Source of the DNA: Ranitomeya imitator
Taxonomy: Eukaryota
NCBI RefSeq assembly: GCF_032444005.1
Contig: NC_091291.1
Coordinates: forward strand, 27,776,001-27,840,000
Direction of reading: 5' to 3'
Length of the DNA: 64,000 bases
Position 1 is the stretch's first letter. The number at the start of each line of letters is the position of its first letter. This document shows positions 10,402 through 22,791 of the stretch, in pieces. The position numbers and the translations under genes were made by a program. Under the pieces are notes generated by a model that did not search any database, was not told where the DNA came from, and saw only the letters and a list, made by a program, of their open reading frames with translations.

Positions 10402-12160
10402 TTTACATTCTGTTACTAACCTCCTGTTTTCGTGTTACATGTTGTTTTTAATTCAATTGGACCGTCAATTTGCCGTTTTAAAGTATTTTCTATTTTCACG
10501 AATGTTTAATCCTTTTTTATTCAAGTCATGTGTAAGGATAGAAGCCTTTTTGTTTTGGTTTAAGTATAGAGTTGACGCTCCCAGAAAGTCATTCCTTGTG
10601 AAATGCAAAAAGACGTATTCCGAGACCTTTGGGGATGAGGCAGTTTCTCAATTTCTGTACATAGAATATCATATTAATAAAAAAAAATGTGAAAATCTTC
10701 TGCATATTGAGTACGGCATTCACGATTAAGAGAGAGAGGAAAGGTTCCTTATTTGGGGTTTGTGTTAATTAGGAAAATGTCATTACAAAAGTCCCTCTCG
10801 GGAGGACCATAGATGACGTACTCATGCTATTGATTTTAATACTATGGCTTCATTTCGCCTGTGTTGGAGAATTGATCACTAGCTCCTGTGCGCCTTCGCA
10901 TATTACATCCAATTACGGAGCGATACTGTGATCAACTTACGGTATCTTCAAGAAACAATTATTAAGTGGATGTTCCCCCAATCATATGCCTTTACTCTAT
11001 AACTAGTGATGCTCCGACCTCTGGGACTTTCACTAGGGACACAGTCAGAGAGTCAGATAAATTGGACCGAGATCTGACCGTACTGCTCAGATTGGCTGGT
11101 GGCTCTCCCGAACCAAGCATGACAGCTGCATAGAAATACATGAAGCTGTCATGCCAGGAGAGCCACCGGCCAGTCCATGCACTACCATTCGATCTTATAA
11201 GGCCATCAGATTTTGCACTATTTCTGAGAATTAAGGAGTTGCCGCGTTGATGTGACTTTATGAGTTGGGAACATCCCTTTACCCCACTGCCGACATTGGA
11301 TGTACTGGTACGTCCTGTTCGAGAAAATCACAAATGGAGTTGCCAGTACATCACGATGGTTGTGTGGGCACAGGAGCTACGCCCGAGGGAGCTCAGTGTA
11401 AATGACAGCCAAGCTCCTACACCACCGATCCTGGTTGTTTAACCCTCTAAATGCCGCGGTTAATATAGTCAGTTGAATCGAACTGATTGTGAGATGGTTG
11501 TCTTTAACCACATCAACACCCCTGTGATTTCGGTTGGGAACTGGAAGTCAAACAATGGCCACTGGATCTGGCAGATATGGTGACCCGTTGGGCCATGTCA
11601 CAATCAGGAGCTAAAAGACCTCCTGTCATTGCAGCATTAACAGTGCAGACAAGTGTCCACAGATCAGAGATTGGACTATTGAGTGCTCGTTCATGTCCCT
11701 TAGTGGGAATAAATAATTAAGATAAAAAATAAAAAAAATAATAGGTGGAAAAATATAAAACCTTCAGTCCAAAAATAAAGAATGGAAAGGTGTTTTGTCA
11801 TTTAAAACACATGATATGTAAAAACAAAAACTTGTACATTTTTGGTATCACAATCAGAACTACCCAGAATATATACCGTAAGTGTTACAATGTGGAGCCC
11901 AGAAGGTTGAAAACTGTAAAAGAAAATAATATAGGAAAGAACATGGCAAAACAAAAACTGCTTTTCCATCAGACTAACCCTTAAAAAGTAAAATAAAATG
12001 TGATCAAAAACAGTTGTTGTTGGTATACAAAAGTGGCAAAACATAAAAATATATAAATATGGTATCACTGTAATAATACTGACCTGAGGAACAAAGCTTT
12101 TGTCGATAATAAGAACTTCCACTCTACAGAAGAGATAAAGAGAGAGAACATTGCTGATGA

Positions 12161-13870
12161 CAAGAGCTTACACTCTACAGGAGAGAGAGGACCCCACTGA
12201 CCATAAGAGCTTACACTCTACAGGAAAGAGAGGACCCCGCTGACCATAAGAGCTTACACTCTACAGGAGAGAGAGGACCCCACTGACCATAAGAGCTTAC
12301 ACTCTACAGGAAAGAGAGGACCCCGCTGACCATAAGAGCTTACACTCTACAGGAGAGATAGGACCCCACTGATCATAAGAGCTTACACTCTACAGGAGAG
12401 AGAGGACCCCACTGTCCATAAGAGCTTACACTCTACAGGAGAGAGAGGACCCCACTGATCATAAGAGCTTACACTCTACAGGAGAGAGAGGACCCCACTG
12501 ACCATAAGAGCTTACACTCTACAGGAGAGAGAGGACCTCACTGACCATAAGAGCTTACAATCTACAGGAGAGAGAGGACCCCACTGACCATAGGAGCTTA
12601 CACTCGACAGGAGAGAGAGGACCTCACTGACCATAAGAGCTTACACTCTACAGGAGAGAGAGGACCTCACTGACCATAAGAGCTTACACTCTACAGGAGA
12701 GAGAGGACCCCACTGACCATAAGAGCTTACACTCTACAGGAGAGAGAGGACCCCACTGACCATAAGAGCTTACACTCTACAGGAGAGAGAGGACCCCACT
12801 GACCATAAGAGCTTACACTCTACAGGAGAGAGAGGACCCCACTGACCATAAGAGCTTACACTCTACAGGAGAGAGAGGACCCCACTGACCATAAGAGCTT
12901 ACACTCTACAGGGGAAAGAGGACCCCACTGACCATAAGAGCTTACACTCTACAGGGGAGAGAGAGGACCCCACTGACCATAGGAGCTTACACTCTACAGG
13001 AGAGAGAGGACCCCACTGACTATAAGAGCTTACACTCTACAGGAGAGAGAGGACCCCACTGACCATAAGAGCTTACACTCTACAGGAGAGAGAGGACCCC
13101 ACTGACCATAAGAGGTGACACTCTACAGGAGAGAGAGGACCCCACTGATCATAGGAGCTTACACTCTACAGGAGAGAGAGGACCCCACTGACCATAAGAG
13201 CTTACACTCTACAGGAGAGAGAGGACCTCACTGACCATAAGAGCTTACACTCTACAGGAGAGAGAGGACCCCACTGACTATAAGAGCTTACACTCTACAG
13301 GAGAGAGAGGACCTCACTGACCATAAGAGCTTACACTCTACAGGAGAGAGAGGACCCCACTGACCATAAGAGCTTACACTCTACAGGAGAGAGAGGACCC
13401 CACTGACCATAAGAGCTTACACTCTACAGGAGAGAGGACCCCACTGACCATAAGAGCTTACACTCTACAGGAGAGAGAGGACCCCACTGACCATAATAGC
13501 TTACACTCTACAGGAGAGAGAGAGGACCCCACTGACCATAAGAGCTTACACTCTACAGGAGAGAGAGAGGACCCCACTGATCATAAGAGCTTACACTCTA
13601 CAGGAGAGAGAGGACCCCACTGACCATAAGAGCTTACACTCTACGGGAAAGAGAGGAACGCACTGACCATAAGAGCTTACACTCTACAGGAGAGAGAGCG
13701 AGGACTCCACTGATCATAAGAGCTTACACTTTATGGGAGAGAATGAGAGGACCCGCTGATCATAAGAGCTTACACTCTATAGAAGAGAGATAGCGAGGAC
13801 CTCACTGAATATAAGAGATTACACGCCACATGAGAGAGAGCTGATCATAAAAACTTACACTCTACAGAAG
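12161..13870 (+). repeat. 43-bp minisatellite, about 40 copies
   Basis: Unit CACTCTACAGGAGAGAGAGGACCCCACTGACCATAAGAGCTTA, homogeneous core with degenerate edges. Confidence 0.96.
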
Positions 13871-15361
13871 AGAGACTTACCCAGTGACTCTAGAGATGGA
13901 GAACGACTCTGCCGTCCAAACTGTGCTCCACTGGAAACCTCTGATCTGTGATGGCCAAGTCTTTAACCACCACTTTCCAAGAGATGATAATCCACTAGAT
14001 GTCAAAGCACCAGGGCATTATGGGTAAGCAGCTGTAAGGAGGTGGAGAGCAGAGAATGTGATTAATCAACTTTCCATGGCACTTGGTACTTAATGTCGCC
14101 ATCTGCTCAGTGAAACGAGTAGGTGGGATAAAAAAAACGAGCGAAGGACTTCCGGAGGGAAGAACTTGAAGGGAACACTGGTTCAGGTGATAGCTGTAAT
14201 GCAGTTGCCAAATATAAAAGGTCGGAGTGGCAAGGTGGGAAAGCAGTCAGCATCCGCATGCAAGAGCATGAGCAGAGTAATGCACTGGTATCCAACCCTG
14301 AAGGAGAGCAACCAAAAGCTTTGTACCAAGGCAGGCGAGATGTCTTGGGTCAAGCACTAAAGCCCAGACTTCGCCAGTCAAGACCCAAGGCCCAGAATTT
14401 GTTGGTCAAGACTCGAAGCCCAGACTTCATCAGCCAAAACCCGACATCGAAACTTAGTCGGTCAAGCAGTAAGGTTGGACGCTGGTCTTTGGATGAGACT
14501 GGTCATTTGCCGTGTTAACGAGGAGACCCAAGTAAATCAGGCCATTACTTCCAGCGTATACGTACGGTACAGGGTTTGGCCAGGGGCCACGCTTCAAGTC
14601 ACAAAGGTGGCTAGTACGCTAATGTATTCATATATGAGGAACTTGTGACCCCCATCAGTGCTAAAATAACATTGAAGGCACTTGGAGACCATAGGGCAAC
14701 GACAGGCCTTGGTTTGGGAGTGACGCCTGTGGAGCTAAGTCAGGGAGACATCAACTGTTAAATAACAAGGACAGTGTGGACAAATAGAACGTAGAATAAG
14801 ACATTGCGCTAAGTGTCGAGAAATATTATACTGCTTTTATTGTCATTAATTACTTTTAATATTGTGTTTACTGATTTCCATATATATGCATAATCATATG
14901 TTCCTATGGTTAGACTTCCTTTCAGTGGTGGAAAAAAAAACAGCTTTTGTTGACTATTCCGCATCATCATCATCTGCGTTGTTGCATCCTAGTAACCTGT
15001 TTACACAGCAATGTAAGAACACATTAGGCCGCTCCTCGATGCTTCAGCAGTTTGGCAAATGATGAGGGCGTCTTCCTTTTGCATCCATTTGTGTGTACAT
15101 TAATGTGTGTAGTAATGCAAATAATGGGCTTTAGAGAGGTTTCTTTTACATTGATACAATGGTCTACAAACTAATTTCAGGACAGGTCCAATTTAAAAGA
15201 AAATGCTTGTATGATGGATTTAAAGAGACCACAAAAATGAGACCACAGTATAGAAGTAACACAATAGTAGTAGCATGCAAAATGCTGATTGTAGCATGCA
15301 TGTCCTGCCCTGACACAAGTCGGAAGTGACCGACCTCTGAACACTGAGCTCACTGTTTGCT

Positions 15362-15445
15362 TGGACTTGGACCCTCAGTACTGACAACACAGCAGAAAGA
15401 GCATATAACAAAGAGACCCAGGAGCTCGGAGATAGTCCAGAGAAG
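15362..15445 (+). promoter_or_regulatory. Candidate APOC2 promoter and short non-coding first exon
   Basis: TGGACTTGGACCCT (HNF4/nuclear-receptor-like), ATATAAC at 15403-15409, donor AAG|GTAATG at 15445/6; a short untranslated exon 1 is typical of this family. Confidence 0.5.
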
Positions 15446-15714
15446 GTAATGATGGCGGGGAGAAGGTTTGGGGAAGATCATGGATTTTTTTTTTTAAGTA
15501 AAAATTACAAGAATTGAGTAAAACTTCTGCAAAAATTGCAATGGAAAATGGTCTTCTGGAAGTGTGGTCTTCTCAAAGATGCGAGAGTCTGTCCTGAGTA
15601 AAGGACCTCTTCTCTCGGGGCAGTTTTCACTGTAGATACATTTCTTTGTCTTCCTATATTGGTTCACATTGACGCAATGTATCATTAATGTTTAATCTAA
15701 TTTTGTTTTCACAG

Positions 15715-15747
15715 ATCATTTGTTTATTTCTGGTGTATTTCCAAAAG
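15715..15747 (+). other. Candidate 33-nt 5' UTR exon of APOC2
   Basis: TTTTGTTTTCACAG| acceptor and AAAG|GTAAGT donor, with no ATG inside. Confidence 0.45.
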
Positions 15748-16299
15748 GTAAGTTTCTATTGCGATGTGTCTGATATTGGATGGGTGCCATCTACCGAAAT
15801 ATATCGATGATACCATTGTCTCGTGCTGTAAGATAATATTTACTTGTGGATCTTGCAAAAAGTAAATCTCCATTAACTTTGCATTTTGTAACAATCTCCT
15901 GCTGCAGTTTGTATTTCTCTCTTCTTTCTTAGTTTTAGTTTACGATAATCAACTTTTTTTTTTTATGAATGGGCGCATCATCTATTAGACACTTTAGAAG
16001 CGTGGACAGACTAAACGAACAGGGAATAGAATAGGGATGAAGACAGAAAAGGGTCCCTGTGCAAAAACAATATCTGGACCCTCTGCAGCCCAATAGTTTA
16101 TCATAGCGCACACTTCCATCTGTTTTAGAGGTGGTAGTGGCCCCCTTACCTGTTGGACCCCTGCGCAGCTGCCCATGTTGCACCAATAATAAGTGCACAC
16201 CTGCTAGATTAAAAATTGAATTATGAACCCTGAAAATGGTTATTTTGGCTAAATAAGAGGGATAGTTCTGCAGCAAAGGTATGTGATTATCTGTTCTGC

Positions 16300-16470
16300 C
16301 CACTTATATGTCGCCATCATATTCTAGAGCGCTTTACAGATATCATCATCTCTGTCCCCATTGGGGCTTATAATCTATATTCCCTATCTTTGCAGTATGG
16401 TAGAACACCCAGGAAAATATGAGGAAAGTGCAAACACCACACTTTGGGTTTGAACCCAGTTACCCATCAT
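16300..16470 (-). mobile_element. Degenerate SINE with L2-like 3' tail
   Basis: Minus strand CTGTAAAGCGCTCTAGAATATGATGGCGACATATAAG resembles the L2 3' end at ~34587-34620; GGGTTTGAACCC is B-box-like. Confidence 0.5.
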
Positions 16471-16744
16471 CAATGCAGGGGCGGAAAAATCAATGGTGCA
16501 ACCTATAGGGGTCCAAAAGGTAAAGGGGGACACTTCCACCTCTAAAGTGTCTCCTGTCGTATTGGACTATATTATTCTAGCACAGATTCCCTTTTCTATT
16601 CGGGATCCTTTTTCTTCACACTAAATGTTATTTTTCGCAATCAGTGCAAAAAAGTGATGCAAAAAAATATATCTTTTACTCTATGCTATAAAAATAAAAG
16701 TAACTGATACAAATCCTTTTTGTAGGTGACCAGTGGACGAGACC

Positions 16745-16799
16745 ATGAACAGAACCCAAGTTTTAGCCATTTCCCTCCTTCTGCTGCTCATCAGCACAG
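16745..16799 (+). CDS. APOC2: Apolipoprotein C-II, coding exon 1 (signal peptide)
   Basis: Acceptor TAG| at 16725; MNRTQVLAISLLLLLIST(G); phase-1 donor GTCTGT. Join is 16745-16799, 19907-20057, 21503-21590. Confidence 0.88.
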
Positions 16800-16814
16800 G
16801 TCTGTTCCATATAG

Positions 16815-16950
16815 ATTTTTCAAAACTGCCTTGACAGTGTAACTGTTTTTGTTGCCCGTAGCAACCAACAACAACTCAAATTTTTCAAATTTGAAAGCGG
16901 CAGTCGGTTGCTACAGGCAACAAAAACAGTTGCTAAGATAGTTCTGAACA
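16815..16950. mobile_element. Short foldback MITE in APOC2 intron
   Basis: AACTGTTTTTGTTGCCCGTAGCAACC / GGTTGCTACAGGCAACAAAAACAGTT inverted arms. Confidence 0.7.
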
Positions 16951-17603
16951 TTCCGTCCCTATCATTTATATCATATCTTCTGTATAAGGGCAAAAAAGGT
17001 TGATTAGGCAATGGGATCAATTTATGGGGATTTTTTAGTTAGTAAATGCATTTTTAAATCATCTTTTTTTAAGGATTTTTACCTACTAGCCAGAGCAGAA
17101 ATTGACTCTCTCTTTGGAGTTTTTGGCAACAAAAATTTTATTTTTTTCCTAAAGTAAAATCCAAAAGATAATGACACCTTTAGGGTATTTTTTTTAAATT
17201 ATTTATTTGCATGTATTTTGAGCTAAAAATCATTTTGGTAATCACATTGCTTTAAAAGTTTTGCACAATTTTTCTTTTTGAGACTTTGTGTTGAACTGTA
17301 TTTTGTGGAGTTACCTGAGGGTCCATGAGTGAGCTCGTTCTGATGGAAAAGCTTAGATTTTTGTATCTTTCTTGAGCTTCTGAGCTCAACTTTTGTGTGG
17401 TCACAAATCAGCCGAGAGGTTCTCAGTAGAAAATGAAAAGAGATATACACCCGCTCCTACCAGAACAAACTCACCGACTTACTATGAAAAAACTCCTGTT
17501 TTTCATCCAGAAAGGACAAATAATTTTCCATTTTTGTGGTGTCTGATTTTCAGGTCCATATGTCATCCCTATGTTTGTTTTACCATATGGAATTAATTTT
17601 AGA

Positions 17604-19163
17604 CTAGATGGTGGCCCGATTCTAACGCATCGGGTATTCTAGAATATGTATGTATGTATATAGCAGCCACATAGTATATAGCACAGGCCACGTAGTATAT
17701 AGGAGCCATGTAGGATATAGCAAATACTACGTGGCCTGTGCTATATAATATGTGGCTGCTATATACATATATACATATTGTAGAATACCCAATGCGTTAA
17801 TACAGGCCACGCATTATATAACAGTGGCCACGCAGTATATAACACAGCCCAAACAGTATATAACACAGCCCACATACCATATAACACAGCCCAGGCAGTA
17901 TATAGCAGCCACGCAGTATATAACACAGGCGACGTAGTATATAACACAGGCCATGCAGTATATAACACAGGCGACGTAGTATATAACACAGGCCATGCAG
18001 TATATAACACAGGCGACGTAGTATATAACACAGGCCACGCAGTATATAAAACAGGGCACGTAGTATATCGCACAGCCCACGCAGTATATAACACAGCCCA
18101 TGCAGTATATCACACAGCCCACGCAGTATATAACACTGCCCATGTAGTATATAGCAGCCACGCGGTACATAACACTGCCCATGTAGTATATAGCAGCCAC
18201 GCAGTATATCGCACAGCCTACGCAGTATATCACACAGCCCACGCAGTATATAACACTGCCCTTGTAGTATATAGCAGCCACGCAGTATATAGCACAGCCC
18301 ACGCAGTATATAACATTGCACATGTAGTATATAGCAGCCACGTGGTATATAACACTGCCCATGTAGTATATAGCAGCCACACAGTATATCACACAGCCCA
18401 CGCAGTATATAACACTGCCCATGTAGTATTTAGCAGCCACGCAGTATATCACACAGCCCACACAGTATATAACACTGCCCATGTAGTATTTAGCAGCCAC
18501 GCAGTATATAGCAGCCATGTAGTATATAGCAGCCCATGCAGTATCTTACACAGCCCATGTAGTATACAGCAGTGTGGGCACCATATCCCTGTTAAAAAAA
18601 AATTAATTAAAATAAAAAATAGTTATATACTCACCCCCTGGGATCCAGCGAAGCTCTGGCGATGCTCTCCCGACGCGCGCGCGATGCAACCGCCAGCTTC
18701 TGTTCCCAGGATGCATTGCGAAATTACCCAGATGACTTAGCGGTCTCGCGAGACCACTAAGTATTCTGGGTAATTTCGCAATGCATCTCTGGGAACGGAA
18801 GATGGTGGCCGGCGCGAGCATATCGTCGGACGACGGAAGGTGAGAATAGCAGGTTTTTGTTTTTTTATTATTTTTAACATTACATCTTTTTACTATTGAT
18901 GCCGCATAGGCCGCATCAATAGCAAAAACTTGGTCACACAGGGTTAATAGCAGCGGTTATGGAGTACATTACCCGCGGCCCGTTACCGCTGGCATTAACC
19001 CTGTGTGAGCGGTGACTGGAGGGGATTGCGGAGCGGGCGCCGGGCACTGACTGCAGCCGAGTAGGGGAGGCCGCTGGCAAGACCAATTAGCAACGCGGGA
19101 TTTAAGTTACTGAAGTTGCCGACAGAAAGACGGAAGTACCCCTTAGACAATTATATATATAGA
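17604..19163 (-). mobile_element. Non-autonomous Helitron with internal minisatellite
   Basis: Minus strand 5' TCTATATAT...; 3' hairpin CCCGAT-GCGTTAGA-ATCGGG then CTAG; inserted at A|T; internal ~19-21-bp ACACAGCCCACGCAGTATATA repeats explain the long repetitive ORFs. Confidence 0.88.
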
Positions 19164-19906
19164 TGTGAGCTGTAGTAGATATGAGCCGATCTCTCAAAAA
19201 TTGTTCTCGATTCGATAGGCAAATTTGATTGCTTGTGAAAAAAAAAAACGAATAGAGAAAGTCTTCAGAACCAAAACGTCTGAAGAACGGACCGTTCAAT
19301 TTTTTTTTAGAACCACAGGGTCGCTTTGGAAACCTGAAGCAGTTAAAAGATGCTCAAAAGTAAGAACGTATGACCAGCAAGTCGTTTTGACGCTTTTTAA
19401 TGCAGGTTTCGGAGAGGACTTGTTTGAAAAAAAAAACAAAACGATGTGCATATACCCTAAGGCTATGTTCAGACGTTGCTTTTATTGCTGCGTTTGTTTC
19501 ACTCAGAAAAAAACGCAGGGTTGCGTTTCTAATCAGTGAAGAAAAAAAGTATTTGTGCGCATGAGATTTCTGAATTCCCATAGCTTTTGCTGGTACTGTA
19601 AAAGACAGCAAAAAAAGACGCCTAAAAAAACCCCCACAATGGGTGAACGTACCCCTAGAGTGCAAATACTCGTCGTGGTGTGCACATACCCCTTGAAAGC
19701 GGACTTGCCTTGAAAAATGTCATGGGCACAAACCCTTAGGCATCACCTTTCCGCCAAATCCAGAATCTGTGTTCTGGAAAATTTTGGTAAAATTTGAGTA
19801 GATAAATTTGCTCATCAGAATTACTCTTTGGTCCTGTAAGGTAGCTGTATGAAATCATTGAACATCTCCTCCTCTTCCTCATACGCAATGCTGTCTCTGT
19901 CTGCAG

Positions 19907-20057
19907 GAATTGAGAGTTACCGGATACAGAAGCGAGAGTCTCCCACATACTTGTCCCAAGCACAAGACATTCTGAGTTCTACATGGGAGCAAGTCAGTGG
20001 GAAAGCTCAGGAACTGTATGAGAAGACACTATCCTTAGGAGTAGATGAGAAGGTTAA
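19907..20057 (+). CDS. APOC2: Apolipoprotein C-II, coding exon 2
   Basis: CTGCAG| acceptor; IESYRIQKRESPTYLSQAQDILSSTWEQVSGKAQELYEKTLSLGVDEKV(K), compare human AQNLYEKTYLPAVDEKLR; donor GTAAGT. Confidence 0.93.
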
Positions 20058-21502
20058 GTAAGTATTTTAACAAACAAGAACTTGACCAGTTGTCTTCTTC
20101 TGTTACACTACTACAAGTTCTACTATTTTCCAGCTGAGTTTGCTGGATCCCTCAGATTGGACTTTGTAGAAAGGTTGGGTGACGTTTTCCGAGTAGGACA
20201 AACGTTCTTTTGCACTAGATGAAAATGCTAAGGACATGAAAAGTCCTAAACTTCCGCTACCAATGGATCCAAGAATGGTCCATAAACATCTAGCAGAAGA
20301 CAACTCCATTTAGAGCTGGCTTTGAAGACAATTACATGCCACTAGAATTAATTATTAGATCTTTCTACCAAAGTTTAATACTGGGCAACCATGTAATATA
20401 TGATCATTCAAGATCTGGCAGTGGAAGAGTCAATATTTGCATCTGAAAGCAACCAAGGATGTAATATAAAGGTCCTACGTGGTTAGTCCCTTTAATTGTT
20501 AAGAGATACAGCTACTCTATGTATTGTTCACCAGTTAGTTTAACCCGGAGATCTTTGTGGTAAGCCTGGACAACCCCTCTGATTCTGCTCAATATTATAT
20601 TTTACTTAATATTGAGCAGAACTAAGATTGGTGACTCGCTTCTCCTGCTAATACAGGTTACCATAGGGCTTACCTGTAGCAGGTATGGTATGCCATATAA
20701 TTTACTGCTTTTTACAAAATTTATAATCATACTGCTTCCTTGGTAGCTGAATTACTAACAGGTCCACCAACACAGAATGATGTCCCCACAGCCCTCATAT
20801 ACACAATATCATGGCCCTCACAGTCCCCAAACAGTATGACATCCCACAGACCCCCAAACTGTATATTGTCCTCACAGCCCTCCAAACAGTGTGATCTCCC
20901 ACAGCCCCCAACAGTGTGATTTCACCCCAGCCCTCATACACAAGGGTTATTTCCACACAGTATGATGCTCCTACAGCTCTCCGATTACACCGCTTGATGG
21001 TCTCCACTGCCCCCATACAGCATAATGACTTCCATAGCTCCTCACAGTATGAAGGCCCTCATATTCCCTCAAATGGTATGATTCTCCCACAGTCCTCACT
21101 CAATGTGTGGTCCTCACAGTCCCCCAAATAATGTCATGGTCCCTGAGTTTGCCCACACAGATGATGCCCCACGGCATCCCAAACAGCATGATCCCCCACA
21201 GTCTTCCACACAATATGATGGCTCAACAACACCACCCATCCCCACTCCTCTAATGTGCGGCTCCTGTTTGTGTTGTGGTGGGGACTGATGCTCTGCTGAG
21301 ACTAGGATACACAGGATGAAACGTGTGGAAGGGGGCTCCATATTCCTCCATTGTTGAAATTCAAACTCTGGTGTGGTGCCACTCGGTACTGAGCTCCCCC
21401 AACTCATGGCCTGGACACCACTGTTTCCAGCCTTTGGCAGTCCTAGTCTGGTGACCCAGGTCTGGTCTATACTGATCGAATACACTTTTTTTTCCCCTTT
21501 AG

Positions 21503-21590
21503 GGAATATTATGAAAAAGGTACAGGTGCAATCACCACCTACACGAGAATCCTGAGTGACCAAGCCTATCATTGGTGGTATGGAAACTGA
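21503..21590 (+). CDS. APOC2: Apolipoprotein C-II, last coding exon
   Basis: EYYEKGTGAITTYTRILSDQAYHWWYGN*, with the LPL-activating Y-x-x-I-x-x-D-Q pattern; AATAAA at 21752-21757. Confidence 0.92.
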
Positions 21591-22791
21591 GCCATCTACA
21601 GCCGTAGGTCTGGACGTACGATAGATGTTAAAATATGACTTCAACGAATGGAGCCATGAATGTGACGCCATCTGGAATATCCCAACGCATTTTTTTCAGT
21701 GATTTATTTTTTTTGGGTTATGAATTGACACCTTCTGGTCAATCATGATAAAATAAAGACTTGTTTGCACACATCAGTCTGTTCTTTATGTTAGAAATCT
21801 GGGTTCCATGTTCAGTAGTGTCCGTTAACAATACATAACATTTGGCCAAATTCATTATTGTGTTTGTACCTTTTTTAGTCTAGTGTTTTCTGCTTGTTTT
21901 TCATTTGCGGCTTGTTCTTTTTTTTTTTTAATGTTTAAGATGTTTTCAGCTGATTCTTCAATTAAGACTTTATAAAAAGTTGTACATTTTTGGCACAAGT
22001 GTCCTCCAGTCCTCCTCCTGAAGAAATTTTTTGTAGATCCAACACTTTAGCACACATTTTGAAACATTTCAATGGGAACCTGTGACTTTCTAGCACAAAA
22101 AAGGTTCAAAAACATAAAAAAAACATTTCTGATTCCATGCAAAATACCAAGTCAAATTTGAAAAATTTGGTGCAAAAAAACATCAGCGAATGTTTACAAG
22201 ATCAAATGAGAATAGCAAGTTTAAAAAACCCAACAAATGATGAATTGGGCCTCAAATGTTTTTATTAATCAAGGCACAAGCTCCGATCAGAAACTAGAGG
22301 CTTATTTTTTAGCTACACGATTAGATCCGTCATCGTACGTTGATGCTTGTATTTATGTTCTTTTTGTTATCCTGTTTGGTACCTGGTTTCAGAAGCTTTG
22401 GAAAAATAGACTTTACGTGTTTCATACTTACTCACAGCCTCTTTCATAGTCATTACAGTTTCCAGAGAGAAGACTTTACGTTATTGTCACACGGTTGTGT
22501 AAGACTATACCTACATGGATAGAGATGAACCAATCTGGCAAGATTTGAAATCGAAAAATTGCATGGATTTTACAGGAAAATTCAATTCACAGAGAAGTTA
22601 TTCAATGAAAACCAGACCATAATACACATAGAATGTTTAAAATAAATAAATAAATAATACTCACCTGTCCCGCTGTTTCCGCAGCCTACCGTCCAGTCTT
22701 CCTCTTTTGGGTCTCTGACATCCTTACGCGTCATGCAGTCATTACTTGCTCCACGAGGGTATGCCATGCAGTGATGTGCAAGGCATAGTTG

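Noticed and set aside
12161-13870. Regular array resembling a CRISPR locus (also 41521-43012)
   Set aside because: Eukaryotic context, contiguous units with no unique spacers, no cas genes
13900-14760. GC-richer block that might be a decayed retroelement coding fragment
   Set aside because: No recognisable motif in the frames I translated, so left unannotated
17759-18740. Long Cys/Tyr-rich ORFs (also 38501-39406)
   Set aside because: Translations of the Helitron-internal minisatellite, open in several frames; no splice or start context
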